Assembly (NCBI RefSeq): GCF_009834535.1
Contig: NC_045696.1
Span: 49,726,001-49,790,000, forward strand
Direction: 5' to 3'
Origin: Camelus ferus
Taxonomy: Eukaryota
Length of the DNA: 64,000 nucleotides
Positions 25,560 to 38,250 of this stretch are shown in pieces. Made by a program: the position numbers and the translations under genes. A model generated the notes under the pieces. It did not search any database. It was not told the origin of the DNA and saw nothing but the letters and a program-made list of their open reading frames with translations. Numbering within the stretch: position 1 is the stretch's first letter; every line of letters starts with the position of its first letter.

Positions 25560-26110
25560 GTCATTATAAGGCCAATGACAAGGTTAAAGGGCACTGTCTC
25601 CAAGATACTAACTGCAAGTTCAGGGTGTTCCCCAGACCACCCTCAGGTTCAGTAATTGCACAGAAAGACTTACAGATCCCGCTGAAACTATTATAGTCAC
25701 AATATTGTTTATTGCAGGGAAAGGCTATGGATAAGTATCAACCAAAGGAAGAGACACAGAAGGCAGAGTCAGAAGTTTCCAAGCATGAAGCTTCCACTGT
25801 CCCCTCCCTTTGGAGTCAGAATTTGTTACTGTACTCCCACTGGTGTGTGACAACACACATGGAGTGTGCCACCAGGGAATGTTACCTGAGTGTGTCCAGA
25901 GTTTTTATAGGACTTCATCACATAGGCATGATTGATTGATTGCCCACATTGTTAATCTCTGTCTCCAGGTTGATTGATACCCCGTGACCTAAAGCTTCCA
26001 CACTAAATCACTTGGTTGGTCTTTCTAGAGTGGCCAGTCCCCACCCTTAGGTTATCTGGTGTGGCCAACCTTGCCCTAATGAACAAAAACACTCCTATCG
26101 GGTAGGACAG
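25560..26110 (-). mobile_element. MER21-family LTR
   Basis: ccagaccaccctcaggttcagtaatt...caaccaaaggaagagacac...gtgtccagagtttttataggacttcatcacataggcatgattgatt; boundaries approximate. Confidence 0.75.
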
Positions 26111-26339
26111 AGATGACCTTCCTACCTAATTGAGATGTCAGGACTAGATCGTGGAATCTTGGAAGTTCTGGTTACTTGCTGTCAACTCCAGCTCTTTTCA
26201 GTCTGCTGTCCACTTTCAGACCAAGGTCTGTGACTCTTGCTGGTGAACTCTATGAATTTATTCCCAGAGTTAATTTAGAATATTGGGATCATTGAGTCCT
26301 GATATAAAGAGGAAGAAATCTGGCCCATGTCTTGCAGGT

Positions 26340-26732
26340 ACCTCATCCCTCTTCTTCCAAAGAACCCCATCTCTCTTGTCACATAGTAGTTGCTGATCTC
26401 TGAGCATGCTATGATAATCCACAACTCTATGCCCTTTGTTTATATGGTTCCTTTACAGAAATGCCTGTCCACTTGCCCAGCAGACCAGGCAGACTTATTT
26501 ATCCTGAGGACTCAACTCAAATTTCTTTTTCTGTAATTTTTGTGCATTGCTTTCCCATAAAAGAATCCATAGGGTTTTTTTTTTGTAAACCTCTGTTATC
26601 GCTGTGTCTTTGATTGACTATTTGTGCCTCTTGTTAAAGATCTGAGGGTAGAAATGCTGTCTTTTTTCCTCTTTGTATCCTTAGCACATTACTGGGCAGA
26701 GAGTAACTCAATAGATTATCACTGAACTGAAG
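26340..26732 (+). mobile_element. L2 3' fragment
   Basis: gactcaactcaaat...tgagggtagaaatgctgtc...ctttgtatccttagcac...actcaatagattatcactgaactgaa L2 tail. Confidence 0.6.
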
Positions 26733-27511
26733 ATATGGAGACATTGAATCCTTAGAGTTAACAGAAGAGAGAGGTCACATTTATCAGTTGTAATAGGTCA
26801 TCTTAAATAGAGAAAAAAAACTCTTTTCAACTAAAGTATTTAAATCATTAAAAGTTGACCCTTCGTTTTAGGTAATAAATGACCCAACACATTTAATTAT
26901 AAAAGAGGGATTTTGACAAAAACTTTACCTATGCTTAAGTATCAGCACCTGACTTTCTGCATAATTTATTTCTGTGTTATGTTTGTGGTCCCACGGCCTG
27001 GGCTGGCTGCTGTTGGTTACGAGAGGACTGGATGGGTAGAGGAGATGGATGAGGTCCCCGACTGAGGGTTGTGAACTCCAGTGGGACAACACCAGACGCT
27101 TTCCTCTGAAAAAGAAAGCAAGCTCTGAGGTCAAAAAGACAGCTTTTTTATTTTTGACCACTCAGGGAAAGAACTGTGCACCCTGTTCTTCAGGTATATT
27201 TGTTAAGCTCTTGTGTCCCCTTCACAGCTTTCTTTGATGCATGTGGTATATGGAGATGGAGGAAAGGGAAAATAGAGAGGGAGAAAAAAATTAAAATGTG
27301 TTTTAAATAATGTGATTCAAAGTGACCTACATTCTACACCCTGAAAACCAGTGTTTTGGGCCATTTAGGCTCTCTGCTGGTGCCTTTTCAGGACAGTGTG
27401 CAGTGGATTGCTGGTTTGGAAAGATGGGTGGGAACTGGAGATCTTAAAGAGGGTGGCCGCCTAACTCAGCAGATTGTCAGGTGAAGCGTCAAAGAAAACT
27501 GAATTTTAGGA

Positions 27512-27626
27512 AGAGAGCCGTACGTCTCAGGTTGCCAGTCCCAGTTTGTGCTTGCTGTCCCAGCATAATTATTAATAGTGCCCCCATTTGATTCTCAAAA
27601 GTGTCCTGGGTGGAATGGCCACCCTC
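27512..27626 (+). mobile_element. MER94 (hAT-Blackjack MITE)
   Basis: gtcccagcataattattaatagtgcccccatttgattctcaaaagtgtcc...tggccaccct follows the recalled MER94 consensus. Confidence 0.75.
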
Positions 27627-28510
27627 GTTTTAGGTCATGCAGAGTGGAGAATATTGGTGTGATGAATGGGCAGGACAAAGTGGGCTAGAGGGAGGATTAT
27701 GAGGGCAAATTCTGTTCAGGCTTTTCCTTAAAAGGCTTCTCATGCTTTCTGAAGTGCCTTGCAGACTTGTGACGCAGGTCTCATCAGCAGCTTATTTTTC
27801 TTCAGTGCAGCTTTTACGGGGCCAGTGTGTCTCGGCGCAGCCTGGATTTCTGTTAGACCCGTGGGCAGCGGTGCTGCGTGCGTGTGTGCTCCAAGCCTGA
27901 ACAGATTGGCTGGGAGTGGGGTGATAAGAATAGAGAGGAGCACATACCAGTAGACCAAACTTCCTGTGCACCAGCCTTTGAATACTGTTTCACTGTCTGA
28001 AATAGCATCCATCTTAAGTCTGGGATCGTTTATTCCCTCTGGAATTAAGCAATAGCACTGGCAGCAGAAGAAACTATTTTGGGAAGGAGATGTGGGAGGA
28101 ATTTTGCTATGTATTATAGAAATACTTGTCATGCTTTTGAAGACCACACTTGTTCATTAGTGCCCTGGTGAATAGAAACTGCTAACTTTCCAATAATCCC
28201 AAATGTCATGAACGTCAAGGCTGATGCATGAAGATTAGCAAAGACTGAGTTTAGATGCTTCAACTTAAATCACCTTACATGGCAGAAAGAGAACTTTTCT
28301 TTGGAGATTAGCCTCTAATGCAGATACTCTTGAGAAGGGGTAAATTGCAACATCTTGTTCCTGTCCCTTCCTCATATGTGCCCTTGCACTTGTTTCTGCA
28401 TATGCCCATGCAGACCTTTCTAGATTGTTGGAGAAGTTTAAATAACGCGATGAATGCTGTGTCTCCCCTACCCCCAGCTCCCTCCCCACAACGTTGAGGT
28501 GGGTAGGGCT

Positions 28511-28545
28511 TGGCAGCTGGTGGCAGCTGCGGAGATAAATAAGCA
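28511..28545 (+). promoter_or_regulatory. Candidate internal promoter: paired CAGCTG E-boxes plus TATA-like ATAAATAA
   Basis: tggCAGCTGg tggCAGCTGc (E-boxes at 28514-28519 and 28524-28529, 10 bp apart), then ATAAATAA at 28535-28542, about 33 bp before the ATG at 28575. Confidence 0.5.
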
Positions 28546-28574
28546 CCAGGGCTCCTGGATGGACCTGTGCAGAC

Positions 28575-28676
28575 ATGCCTGGGATGAGGTGGAACAGCTC
28601 TGAGTGCCTTCCCTGCGGCGAGGCCATGAGGACGGAGCTGCAGCTGGAGTCCAGAAGTTCAGGCAGTGAATGGGAG
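28575..28676 (+). CDS. PHLDB2: Candidate alternative first coding exon of a short PHLDB2 isoform (MPGMRWNSSECLPCGEAMRTELQLESRSSGSEWE)
   Basis: Three in-frame ATGs (28575, 28584, 28626) end at a phase-0 donor GAG|gtgggg (28677) that is frame-compatible with exon 3; TATA-like box and E-boxes immediately upstream. Confidence 0.6.
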
Positions 28677-30073
28677 GTGGGGGCTTCGAAGAACCAGCTT
28701 AATAGTCCGTTTGATCGAGCTATTGTATTTTTTGGTTGGGGAGAGAACTTTAGAGGACGGATAAAAGTCATTTTATTCTGTTTTGTCATTATAACGAATG
28801 TATTTAATGGAAACCAGGGAATTGTGGTAGTCTGTTTCTATTTGACATTTCTATTTGATCCCCTTCAACTAATAAAGAGTGAACTGCCTTCAGAATTTTC
28901 TCTTTACAAATTTGCTGCGATTAGACATGAAAAACAGCAGCCCAGTCTGCTTAGCATTTTTCTGTTTTGTAACTGATAACTAGTTTGGAAAAATGTTTTT
29001 CTGTGGAAGGCTTTTGAATTCTCTTTTCAGTGTGGTAGATGTAATCACAACAGTTTTTTTTTTTTTTTTGGCTATTTTTTTTTCTTTTCATTTTGGCATT
29101 GGAATTAATGTGAGAGGCAAAAGTGCTGATGATGAGTATTTGTAAATTATATCCCCTTGTTCACAAATGTATAGTTAATGTACTTAAAGTCCAAAATCAT
29201 AAATAACTACCTGTTTTGCATGGGACCTTGGTGAAATGTCAGTTAGTGGTACCATTATCTACATCAATGGCATATGTATTGATTTTTTAAAAAATAAATA
29301 AACTATCATTCTATTTTCCAGCTAAATGAATAAAAAATTTAATGATCTCACAATCTGAAATATGTTGATGTCCTTTATCTGGACATGATGTTAAATGTTC
29401 TTTTTTTTCTTACAACACTTTAAAAATTAATTTAATTATTCATATGAGAAATTGGTGGAAAAGACCTTTACATGGTGATAAGACAAAAAAAATTGAAAAA
29501 TGTGAAGTATTTCAAGAAAAAAGTTGAAGATCCCATATGCCTTTTAAACTAAAACTTTTTTTTAAATTAAAACATCTTTAAAGTAGTGTTTTCCTTTTGT
29601 GTGTCTAACAGTAGAATATCTCTTTAGGAAACAGACAATTAATTGTAAGCACAAACATTAAGTCTACAGTGATGAAAGAGCTAGGTATTGTTGAAGCTAG
29701 GTAATAAAGGGAAGGAAGAGGGCGAAGATTTTTAAAGGGAAATCTTAAAAAACTTTTGAAATATTTGGAGCATTGATAAATCAAAAAAAGGCTCAGTGGG
29801 TGCTTGTATGTGCTAGGACCAGCACTGGGGTATACAGATATAAGGGGCAACCAGAATTGAGTTTGGAAGGAAAGTCAGGCATTGTAAACCCAGGCTTCAT
29901 CTGCAGCTATAAATGGGTATATCAAAGATGATGGAAAATCATCACCAGCTGAGTATCTGTGTGGTTGTCTGTGTGGGTTGAAATCACCCGTAATCCCAGC
30001 CTCTCTTTAGTCTTCTTGTTTGGAGCTGTCTCCTTCTCAAACACTCACTGACCTTCCCTCCTCTGTGTTCTAG

Positions 30074-30457
30074 GAGAGACAGCGTCTGGAGACCATCCTC
30101 AGTCTCTGTGCTGAATACACAAAGCCTGACAGTCGCTTGTCCACTGGCACCACCGTGGCAGATGTGCAGAAGATCAATAAGGAGCTGGAGAAGCTGCAGC
30201 TCTCTGACGAGGAGTCTGTGTTTGAAGAAGCCCTGGTGAGCCCTGACACCAGATACAGGTGCCACCAGAAAAGCTCTCTCCACGATGCGGACCTGGCTGT
30301 CTTTGGGAGCCTCAGTCAGAGCAGTGCCAGCTTCCTTTCCCCCAGGAGCACCAGGAATGATGAACTGCTCAGGGACCTCACCAGGACTCCCCCACCACCC
30401 TCCTCTGCCTTTCTGAAAACTTCCAGCGAGTCCACGTACCTAAGTATCCTACCAAAG
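30074..30457 (+). CDS. PHLDB2: PHLDB2 exon 3 (128 codons, ERQRLETILSLCAEY...YLSILPK)
   Basis: gtgttctag| acceptor, AAG|gtaaag donor; continues the EMERL-ERQRLETILSLCAEY motif typical of PHLDB proteins; phase 0/0. Confidence 0.96.
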
Positions 30458-30779
30458 GTAAAGCTGGCAGGGCCCAGAGACTGGGACTTAGGACCTAGGG
30501 CCGTGCATCTGCGCTGGCCTAGACATCACAGGTTTATCACGCTTGTTTTCCAAAATGTTTTCAGTGAACCTTCAATCTAAGAGGTAATTAGCTAAACATG
30601 GCACAGCAAATGAGAATGTTTACTATAAAGTAACAAATTTGCATTCCAGAAAATGTAGCAGTGCAGAAAAGTAGAAAGAGAAAAAATTTTCTTCTCCCTG
30701 CCCCCTTCCAGTTGTACACCTGCGAGAGAAGCACAAAGTGTCTGACATGCCTTCCCAATATTTCTGTGCACAGCCATAT

Positions 30780-33100
30780 ATTACAGACATAGACACACAT
30801 ATACATATGCACAGTGTTCTGCATGACTTTTTCCCTCCCTGAATGTCTTGAGCATCTTTGCATATCACTATACACAGCTCTGCCTCATTCTTGTTAATGG
30901 TTGACTAGTATTCTGTTGTTTGGAAATACTATTTAAACTGTTTCTAGCTTTTTACTAATAAAATCTATAGGCAGCAAACATTCTAGAATATATATATTAT
31001 ATTAGTACAATTGTGCAAGTGTGTCTGTAGGATCACTTACTAAAAGTGAAATTGGTAGGTCAGAGAGTTTGCATGCTATTTGTTTTAATCAAATCTCCAA
31101 ATTATACTCTCAAAAAATTGTATTTCCTGGTGACACTTTGAGTAACAGTTTATACGTGCAGCTTGTTCTTCATACACTTGGCAAGGTTGTATATTATCAA
31201 AAATTTTCAATTTGCTAAGTTAATGGTTTTTTAATTTGCTTGCTTTTATTTGTGCATAAAGTTGGACATCTTTTCATATTTTTAGTTGTTAATTTTTATT
31301 TTGACACACATATTCTTCACTCATTTTGGGGGACACCTTTTTTTACTTATTATTTATTTAACTTTTTAAAGTATTGTTGATTTACAATATTAAATTAGTT
31401 TTAGATGTGCAATATGATGATTTAACATTTTTATAGATTATTCTACATTTAAAGTTATAAAATATTGGCTATATTCCCTGTGTTGTACAATATATCCTTA
31501 TATCTTACTTATTTTATACATAGTTTTTGTAACTCTATTAATCCCCTACCCATATCTTGCCCCTCTTCCATGCCTCCCCCTACTGGTAACCACTAGTTTG
31601 TCCTCTATATCTGTCAGTCGGTTTCTGTTTTGTTATGTTTGTTTTTTTTTTTTTAAGATTCCACATATAAGTACCAACATATAGTATTTGTCTTTTTCTA
31701 GCTGACTTATTTCACTAAGCATATCCTCCAGGTTCATCTATGTTGTTGCAAATGGGAAATTTTTGTTCTTTTGTATGGCTAAGTAATATTCCATTATGTA
31801 TATATACCACATCCTCTTTATTATTTCATCTGTTGATGGATACTTAGGTTGCTTCCATATCTTGGCTATTGTAAATAATGCTGCTATGAACACTGAGGTG
31901 CATATATTTTCCCAAATTACTTTTCTTTTGCTTTGGGTCTATTCCCAGGAGTGGAATTACTGGATCATATGGTAATTCTCTTTTCGTTTTTTTGAGGACC
32001 ACTATGCTGTTTTCCACAGTGGTTGCACCAGCTTAAATTCCCACAAACAGTGTAGTAGGGTCCCTTTTTCTTCATATCCTTGCCAACATTTGTTATTTGT
32101 GGTCTTTTTGGAGATAGCTATTCTGACAGGTGTGAGGTGATATCTCAGTGTGGTTTTGATTTATGTTTCTCTGTTGATCATTAATGTTGAACATCTTTTC
32201 ATGTGCCTGTTGGCCATCTGTATGTCTTTGGGAAAATGTCTGTTCAGATCTTCTGCACGTGTTTTAATCGAGTTGGTTGTTTTTCTGATATTGGGTTGTA
32301 TGAGCTGTTTATATAGTTTGAATATTAACTCCTTATTGGTCATGTCATTTACAAATATTTTCTTCCATTCAATAGGTTGTCTTTTCATTTTGTCGGTGGT
32401 TTCCTTTGATATGCAAAAGCTTTTAAGTTTAATTAGTTCCCATTTTTTGGGAGGGACCTAATTAAATTTTGGTGGAAACTTTAGAGTTTTGTATATGTGG
32501 TCATGTCATCTGCAAACAGTGACAGTTTTTCTTCTCTCCTTCCAATTTGGATGCCTTTTATTTCTTGTCTGCTTGCCATGGCTACAGCTTCCAATACTAT
32601 GTTAAATAGGAGTAGTGAGAGTGGGCATATTTGTCTTCTTCCTGATTCTAGAGGAAAAGCTTTCAGCTTTTTACCATCGAGTATGTTGTTAGCTGTGGGT
32701 ATGTTGAGATATAACTTTATAGGAGTTCTGTTGTCTTTGTCTTGTAGGTGTACTCTTGTTGTCTTGTAGATGTATTCTTGATGTGTTTGTGGGGGAGGTG
32801 AGCTCAGCATCCTCCTGTTCCACCATCTTGATATCCCTTGTCTTCCTCTTCACCCATTTAAAAAAAAATGTTTTGTCTTGTTTTTACTCAGTAGTTGGAA
32901 CTATTGATGGTAAGGAAATCAAGGAAATTAGTCCTTTATCATGAGTGGTCTTCCTTTTGACTTTATTATTGATTTTTTGGGGGTGTCTAGGAGTTTAACA
33001 TTTATATGTAGTCATAATCATTACTTAGTTTTCTGGTTGTTGTTTGCTGATCTAAACATGTCTTCCAAATTTGACAATCTCTTAAAAAAGTTCAAGGAAA
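30780..33100 (-). mobile_element. Ancient L1ME-like fragment, interrupted by a younger L1
   Basis: ctgcctcattcttgttaatggttg...gtgtctgtaggatcacttactaaaagtgaaattggtaggtcagag before the insertion; aaggaaattagtcctttatc after it. Confidence 0.55.
31338..32840 (-). mobile_element. Internally deleted L1 (3'UTR, two ORF2 segments, 5' tip)
   Basis: ORF track ORF2 pieces [12 protein letters not shown] and [26 protein letters not shown]...LSLFADDM; 5' tip gatatcaagatggtggaacaggaggatgctgagctcacctcccc; candidate TSD tcttcac(t/c)cattt at 31314-31326 and 32847-32859. Confidence 0.88.
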
Positions 33101-34624
33101 CTCTTTTGGTATTACTTTTTTCAACAAGTTAAGAATATTTTTTTCTATGAAATTAAAAAAAATCTATTTCCCTACCCATTTTCTAGAAAGTATTTGAGAC
33201 TGTATAATAAAAGATATAAAATTTATTAGAATAAAATTAGAACACCAAAAATATTATATAAGAGAGAAGTTACCATAATCATAAATATCTATTTATTCAA
33301 GGATAAATGGGATTGGTTAATTTATTTAAGTAACTCTGACCATTAAGTTCAACTCTGAGATTCTTGGCAATCATGCCCAAAGAACAAATAATTTTTTAAA
33401 AGTACATTAATTAGATTTTTATTATAAGAGAAGAATACATACTGACTCTTTTAAGAGAAAGATGCTATCATTGTACTAAATTCTCCAGGTAGTTTATCAC
33501 ATGGAGTATTATTTAGGGGAGTTTGTGTCTTTGTTTTTACTTTTGTTTGTTTGGCTGTAGCAAGACTTGTGCACTGAATGTTCCTAGTCGGAAGTCCTTA
33601 CCTACCTCTTGAGTTCTCCCATCATATGTATCAGGACTCTGGACCGTTCAATCCTGCTTTCTTTTAATGACCATGTTTGCCTTCCTGATTCTCAGTGGAG
33701 AGTAATTATGAATAGGACATCTGTCCCTATTGCCAGAAAGTTGCAACTGTTAGATGCTAGGATCTGGGGTAAAAATCTAAAGTTACTGGTGTTGGGCAAA
33801 GTAAATGACCCCTCATTTAAACATTTGATCTGTTGTCATCAGCCATTGGGCTTCCTTCACTGTCTTTTCATTGTAAATCCTTTCATATTTCTTCCTTCAT
33901 GGAGATCTGGAGACTTTTGTTAAAATGGTGACCCACATGCTCTAAGGACTGACTTTTGGGAGACAAGTTCCCTCCTGAAGAGGGCTGTGACAAGAGAGCT
34001 GTCGAAGTGTCAATGAGCAGATCATGACAGATGCTCTCCATCGCTCAAATCTGCCTTTGTGGAATAGGAGGCCTCTGCAGCTTGGAGGAGCCTCCCTGCA
34101 GCTAGTGATAGAAGACTGTGCCTCTGTTAGAGACAGGAGATGTCAAGGGCACTGCTGGGTACCGCACAGCAGCTTAGACAGCACGCAGCTGAGAGTGCGA
34201 TAGGTTCCAGGGAATAGGTTTTTCATGTATTGCATTTTGAAGACCTTAAGACAGGAGACAGAGGAGTTCATTTGTAAAGTCCTGATTATTTGTTTTAGAT
34301 GCTCTTCCTCTGAGTAATCTGCTCACTGGATTATTTAGAGTATAGTGTTTGTTGTTAACTGATCTGAGGATTAATGGAGAAGAGAGGAATGTGAAAAACA
34401 CTCTAAACTGATTTAATGAAACAAAAATTTTAATGATATTTAGGAAACTTAAGATATACCATTCTAGACTTTGCTTTACCTGACACAAAGATGCAGGTGA
34501 CCAAAAAAATGCAGATGACCTTGGAAATATGTTCATTTTAATTGCCTTTTGTGAACCTGTCTACCACCATCTGAGGTGAAAGGCAGATATAGCTCACTCT
34601 TCTCTTTTTTGTTTTCATGCAATT

Positions 34625-34860
34625 TAAAAAAAAATTTATTGAAGTATAGTTCAGTTTATAGCATTGTGTCAATTTCTTGTGTACGGTCCATGCAGATTTG
34701 GGATATAACTGACACACAGCACTGTATAAATGTAAGGAGTACAGTGTAATGACTTGACTTACATAGTTTGCAGAATGATTACCACAATAAATTGTTAATG
34801 TCCATCACCTCATGTTTTTGCCAAAAAATGTTTTTTCCCTTGTGATAAAAACTGTTTCAC
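34625..34860 (-). mobile_element. Two adjacent short L1 3'-end fragments
   Basis: tttattgaagtatagttcagtttatagcattgtgtcaatttc and gatataactgacacacagcactgtataaatgtaagg are both L1 3' termini. Confidence 0.65.
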
Positions 34861-37254
34861 TCTTTTCTTCTTGAGTAATCATTCTAGCTGCAGTGGAAAG
34901 TCCTCACACCTGCAACCTTCTCTGGTCATAGGAAGTTTCTAAGAAGAAATATGCCCCCCCCCCAAAAAAAAAGGTGGCTGCAGAGTGTGTTGTCCCAGCC
35001 CTCTCCTATTTCTGTGTGTGTTTGTGTCAAGTTACCCTGAATACAGCATATTTGGGGATGCACATACATGTGCTTTTATCCAAACACGTCACTCTCAGTG
35101 AAATCCTATCCATTGCTATAAAAAAAAGTCCCAGATAGATTAAAATTTCACCTTTTTCTGTCACCATAAAACTAAAGCTACCACACCCTTGGCTCTCTAT
35201 TGGTTTTTTTTTTTTTTTTAATTTGTATATAAATGAAATTACAGTATCCTCATCCCATTCTATTACAAACCAAAATTTTAGAGTGCCTTTTGAAGATTTT
35301 TGCTTTTTATAAGTAACTTAACAGTAAAAAAAAAAACACAGTCATTTCCTAGATAGCATTTATTGCTACAAACTCTCAAGTTGTCTATTATTAAATATAC
35401 CTATCATGATAAATTTTCTAGAAACTGAGTTATACAGATATTAATAATTGCCACTTTTACCTATCTTTATAGTTTTGCAGATTGTTCAGTTTTTGTTTTC
35501 TCTTAATGTTCTGCTTCCACCAATGAGAGAGATATTTTTAAACCATGTTGGAAGCTGAAACCTAATATGAACTGTTGACCCGACAGGATACTGGCCTTCT
35601 TGAGGCTTTCCTGCTAGGATTACTCATCAGTGATTTAGGAATGCCATTCACTGTTGCAGGCACCCCTCATGCCCTAAAACAGGCAGCCAAGTATTAGGTC
35701 GATGAGATTCATTGTCTGTGAAAAAAGGTCAGCTATTGTTTCATTAGTTGATAAGATTTAAGAGGACAATTAAAAAGTGGAATGTCAAAGATTGGAAGGC
35801 CTGCATACCTTTGCTCTAAATCAACCTGACATATGTGACTTCTCAATGGTTTCATCTCCTTGAGCAGCAAAGTAGGGTAAAAAGAATAAAGAATATGAAT
35901 AAAGAATCTGACAAGATGCCTATCTTCTTAAAGTAATTTTTAGGATTGTTAAGCATAGTAAATGAACTTAATGAGGTACACAGAATTTAAATGGTTTCTT
36001 TGGTTAATTTGAATATTCTTTTCAGTGGTTAGTGAGTATTCTTCAATAATTTACTTAACGGGGCTGCTGTTTTCAACTTCCAATTGTGGAATGATATAAT
36101 TATTGACTTACTGATGCAAAGAAATTACCTCTTTTTCAAAGAGAGATAAAGTTAAATAAATAATATCCCACTCCTGGTACTTTTTGATTTCTAGAAAGAC
36201 TGGTCTCCACCAAGTGATACCCAAGGTAACTAACCTGAAATTCTTGAAAGAAGAAGCTGTTTTCAATTCACTTTATTCTCATCTTAAAATAATCGGCAGT
36301 CACATTTTGACCGTGTGTATGATCTAAATACTCTTTTCTTTGCTGGGCATTTGTTACAACTCTGTTCAAGGGTGTAAGTATGCCTTCTCTCACTTAATTT
36401 CTTTCATGACGTTCTCATTTCTTGTTAAAGAACTCAGTTTTTCCGTGAAATAGTTTTATGAACAATGGCCAGTATTCTATTTTATTTTACAAAAGCCCAT
36501 TGGCCCAGTTAGTCTTAATCACTACATAGGAAGAAGGCCCTTAGTATAAAGACTAGGAAACAGTGTGCTGGTGCAAAAAGTGAAACATGAATTAACATAA
36601 TATTAATGATGTAGTTTTAAATCATTTTGGAGGTCACCAAAGTAATAAAGCCTGTATTGTCCTGGTTACTAACTTTGGGGAACATTTCAGTAAGATGGGG
36701 ACAAGTGCCATGTGTCCTTCTTTTCCACCTTGTGTTGGAAAGGAAATAAATATGATTGCTCATTTGCAGATAATCCTAGCAGTGGGAACCAATGGAGATT
36801 CTAGAGTCTGTGTAGGAGATGTACTTACCTGGAGATGGGAGAGAAAATGGAGCTTGTGATGAAGGTAGCAGCGTGCCCAAGAGTCATCCCTAAGGAAAAT
36901 GCCAAAAATCTCATCTAGATTCTAGTTCTCTGTTCTGCCAAACATTGTCCTTAACCTAAGGGAAGGTGCTACAATCTCTGTGGGCCACAGCTTCCTCTGA
37001 GTCATTTGGCTTTTAGTTATTTTGCCTTTAGAAGGATATGACTTTGTACACTGAAGCTGGTTTGTAGGAGCTAACCTAAGAGCCTACCTGCTGAGGCTCC
37101 ATGGGAAAATGCAGAGTTCTGAATAAACAATCATGTGGATGCTTTTGAATCCAAACAGACACAGACTGTGAAGCGCTAGACTTATGACTGTTTTTTTAAC
37201 TAGGAAATTCTGGAATTGAAGTGTGAATTTTCTGTGTTTGTTCATTAATCACAG

Positions 37255-37398
37255 ACACCAGAGGGTCTAAGTGAAGAACAGAGGATTCAGGAGTTGACTG
37301 CGATGGAAGAGTCCCGGATAGCAATTCTGAACAACCTAGAGGAGCTTGAACAAAAGATCAAAGATATAAATGACCAGATGGAGGAATCTTCCAGAGAG
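37255..37398 (+). CDS. PHLDB2: PHLDB2 exon 4 (48 codons, TPEGLSEEQRIQEL...DQMEESSRE)
   Basis: aatcacag| acceptor, GAG|gtataa donor, open coiled-coil reading frame; not reported in the ORF track. Confidence 0.93.
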
Positions 37399-37571
37399 GT
37401 ATAAACCATGAGTTCACGTGTTCCCTCTCCCTTTTTTCTTTCTTTCCTTTAGCTTAAATATATCAATGCCTATTAGGGCACAGGCCTTGGGAGGCAGAAT
37501 GCATAGAAGTCAGCATGAGCAAATATATGTTCAGTGGGTACATGTATGGGTAAAATTGCCTTGTTTTAAAC

Positions 37572-38250
37572 TTTTTTTTGAAGTATAGTAGATTTACAAT
37601 GCTAGGTTAGTTTCAGGTGTGCAGCCAAGTGATTCAGTAATACATATAAATATATATTCTTTTTCACATTCTTTTCCATTATAGGTTATTACAAGATATT
37701 ATGTATAGTTCCCTATGCTATACAGTAGGTCCTTGTTGTTTATCTGTTTTATGAACAGTAATGTGTATATGTTAATCCCAGACTCCCAATTTATCCCTCC
37801 CCTCCTTTCTCCTTTGGTAACCATAAGTTTGTTTTCTATATTTGTGAGTCTATTTCTGGTTTGTAAATAAGTTCATTTGTATCTTTTGGTTTTTTTTAGA
37901 TTTCACATATAAGTGATATCATATGATATTTATCTTTGTCTGGGTTAATTCACTTAGTGTGATAATTTCTAGGTCTATCCATGTTGCTGGAAATGGTATT
38001 ATTTCATTCTTTTTTATGACTGATATTCTATTACATGTGTGTGTGTATATATATATATCACATCTTCTTTATCCAGTCCTCTGTTGATGGACATTTAAGT
38101 TGCTTCCATGTCCCGGCTATTCTGAATAGTGCTGCTATGAACATTGGGGTGCAGGTGTCTTTTCGAATTAGAGTTTTCTCTGGGTATATGCCCAGGAGTG
38201 GGATTGTACGATCATATGGTAACTCTGGTTTTTTAAAGAACCTCCATACT
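37572..38250 (-). mobile_element. 5'-truncated cetartiodactyl L1 (3'UTR and ORF2 end)
   Basis: T-tail then gaagtatagtagatttacaatg; ORF2 peptide [34 protein letters not shown] in the ORF track. Confidence 0.92.

Noticed and set aside
28265..28789. 174-aa minus-strand ORF
   Set aside because: Antisense to the GC-rich candidate first exon and promoter; no recognisable homology.
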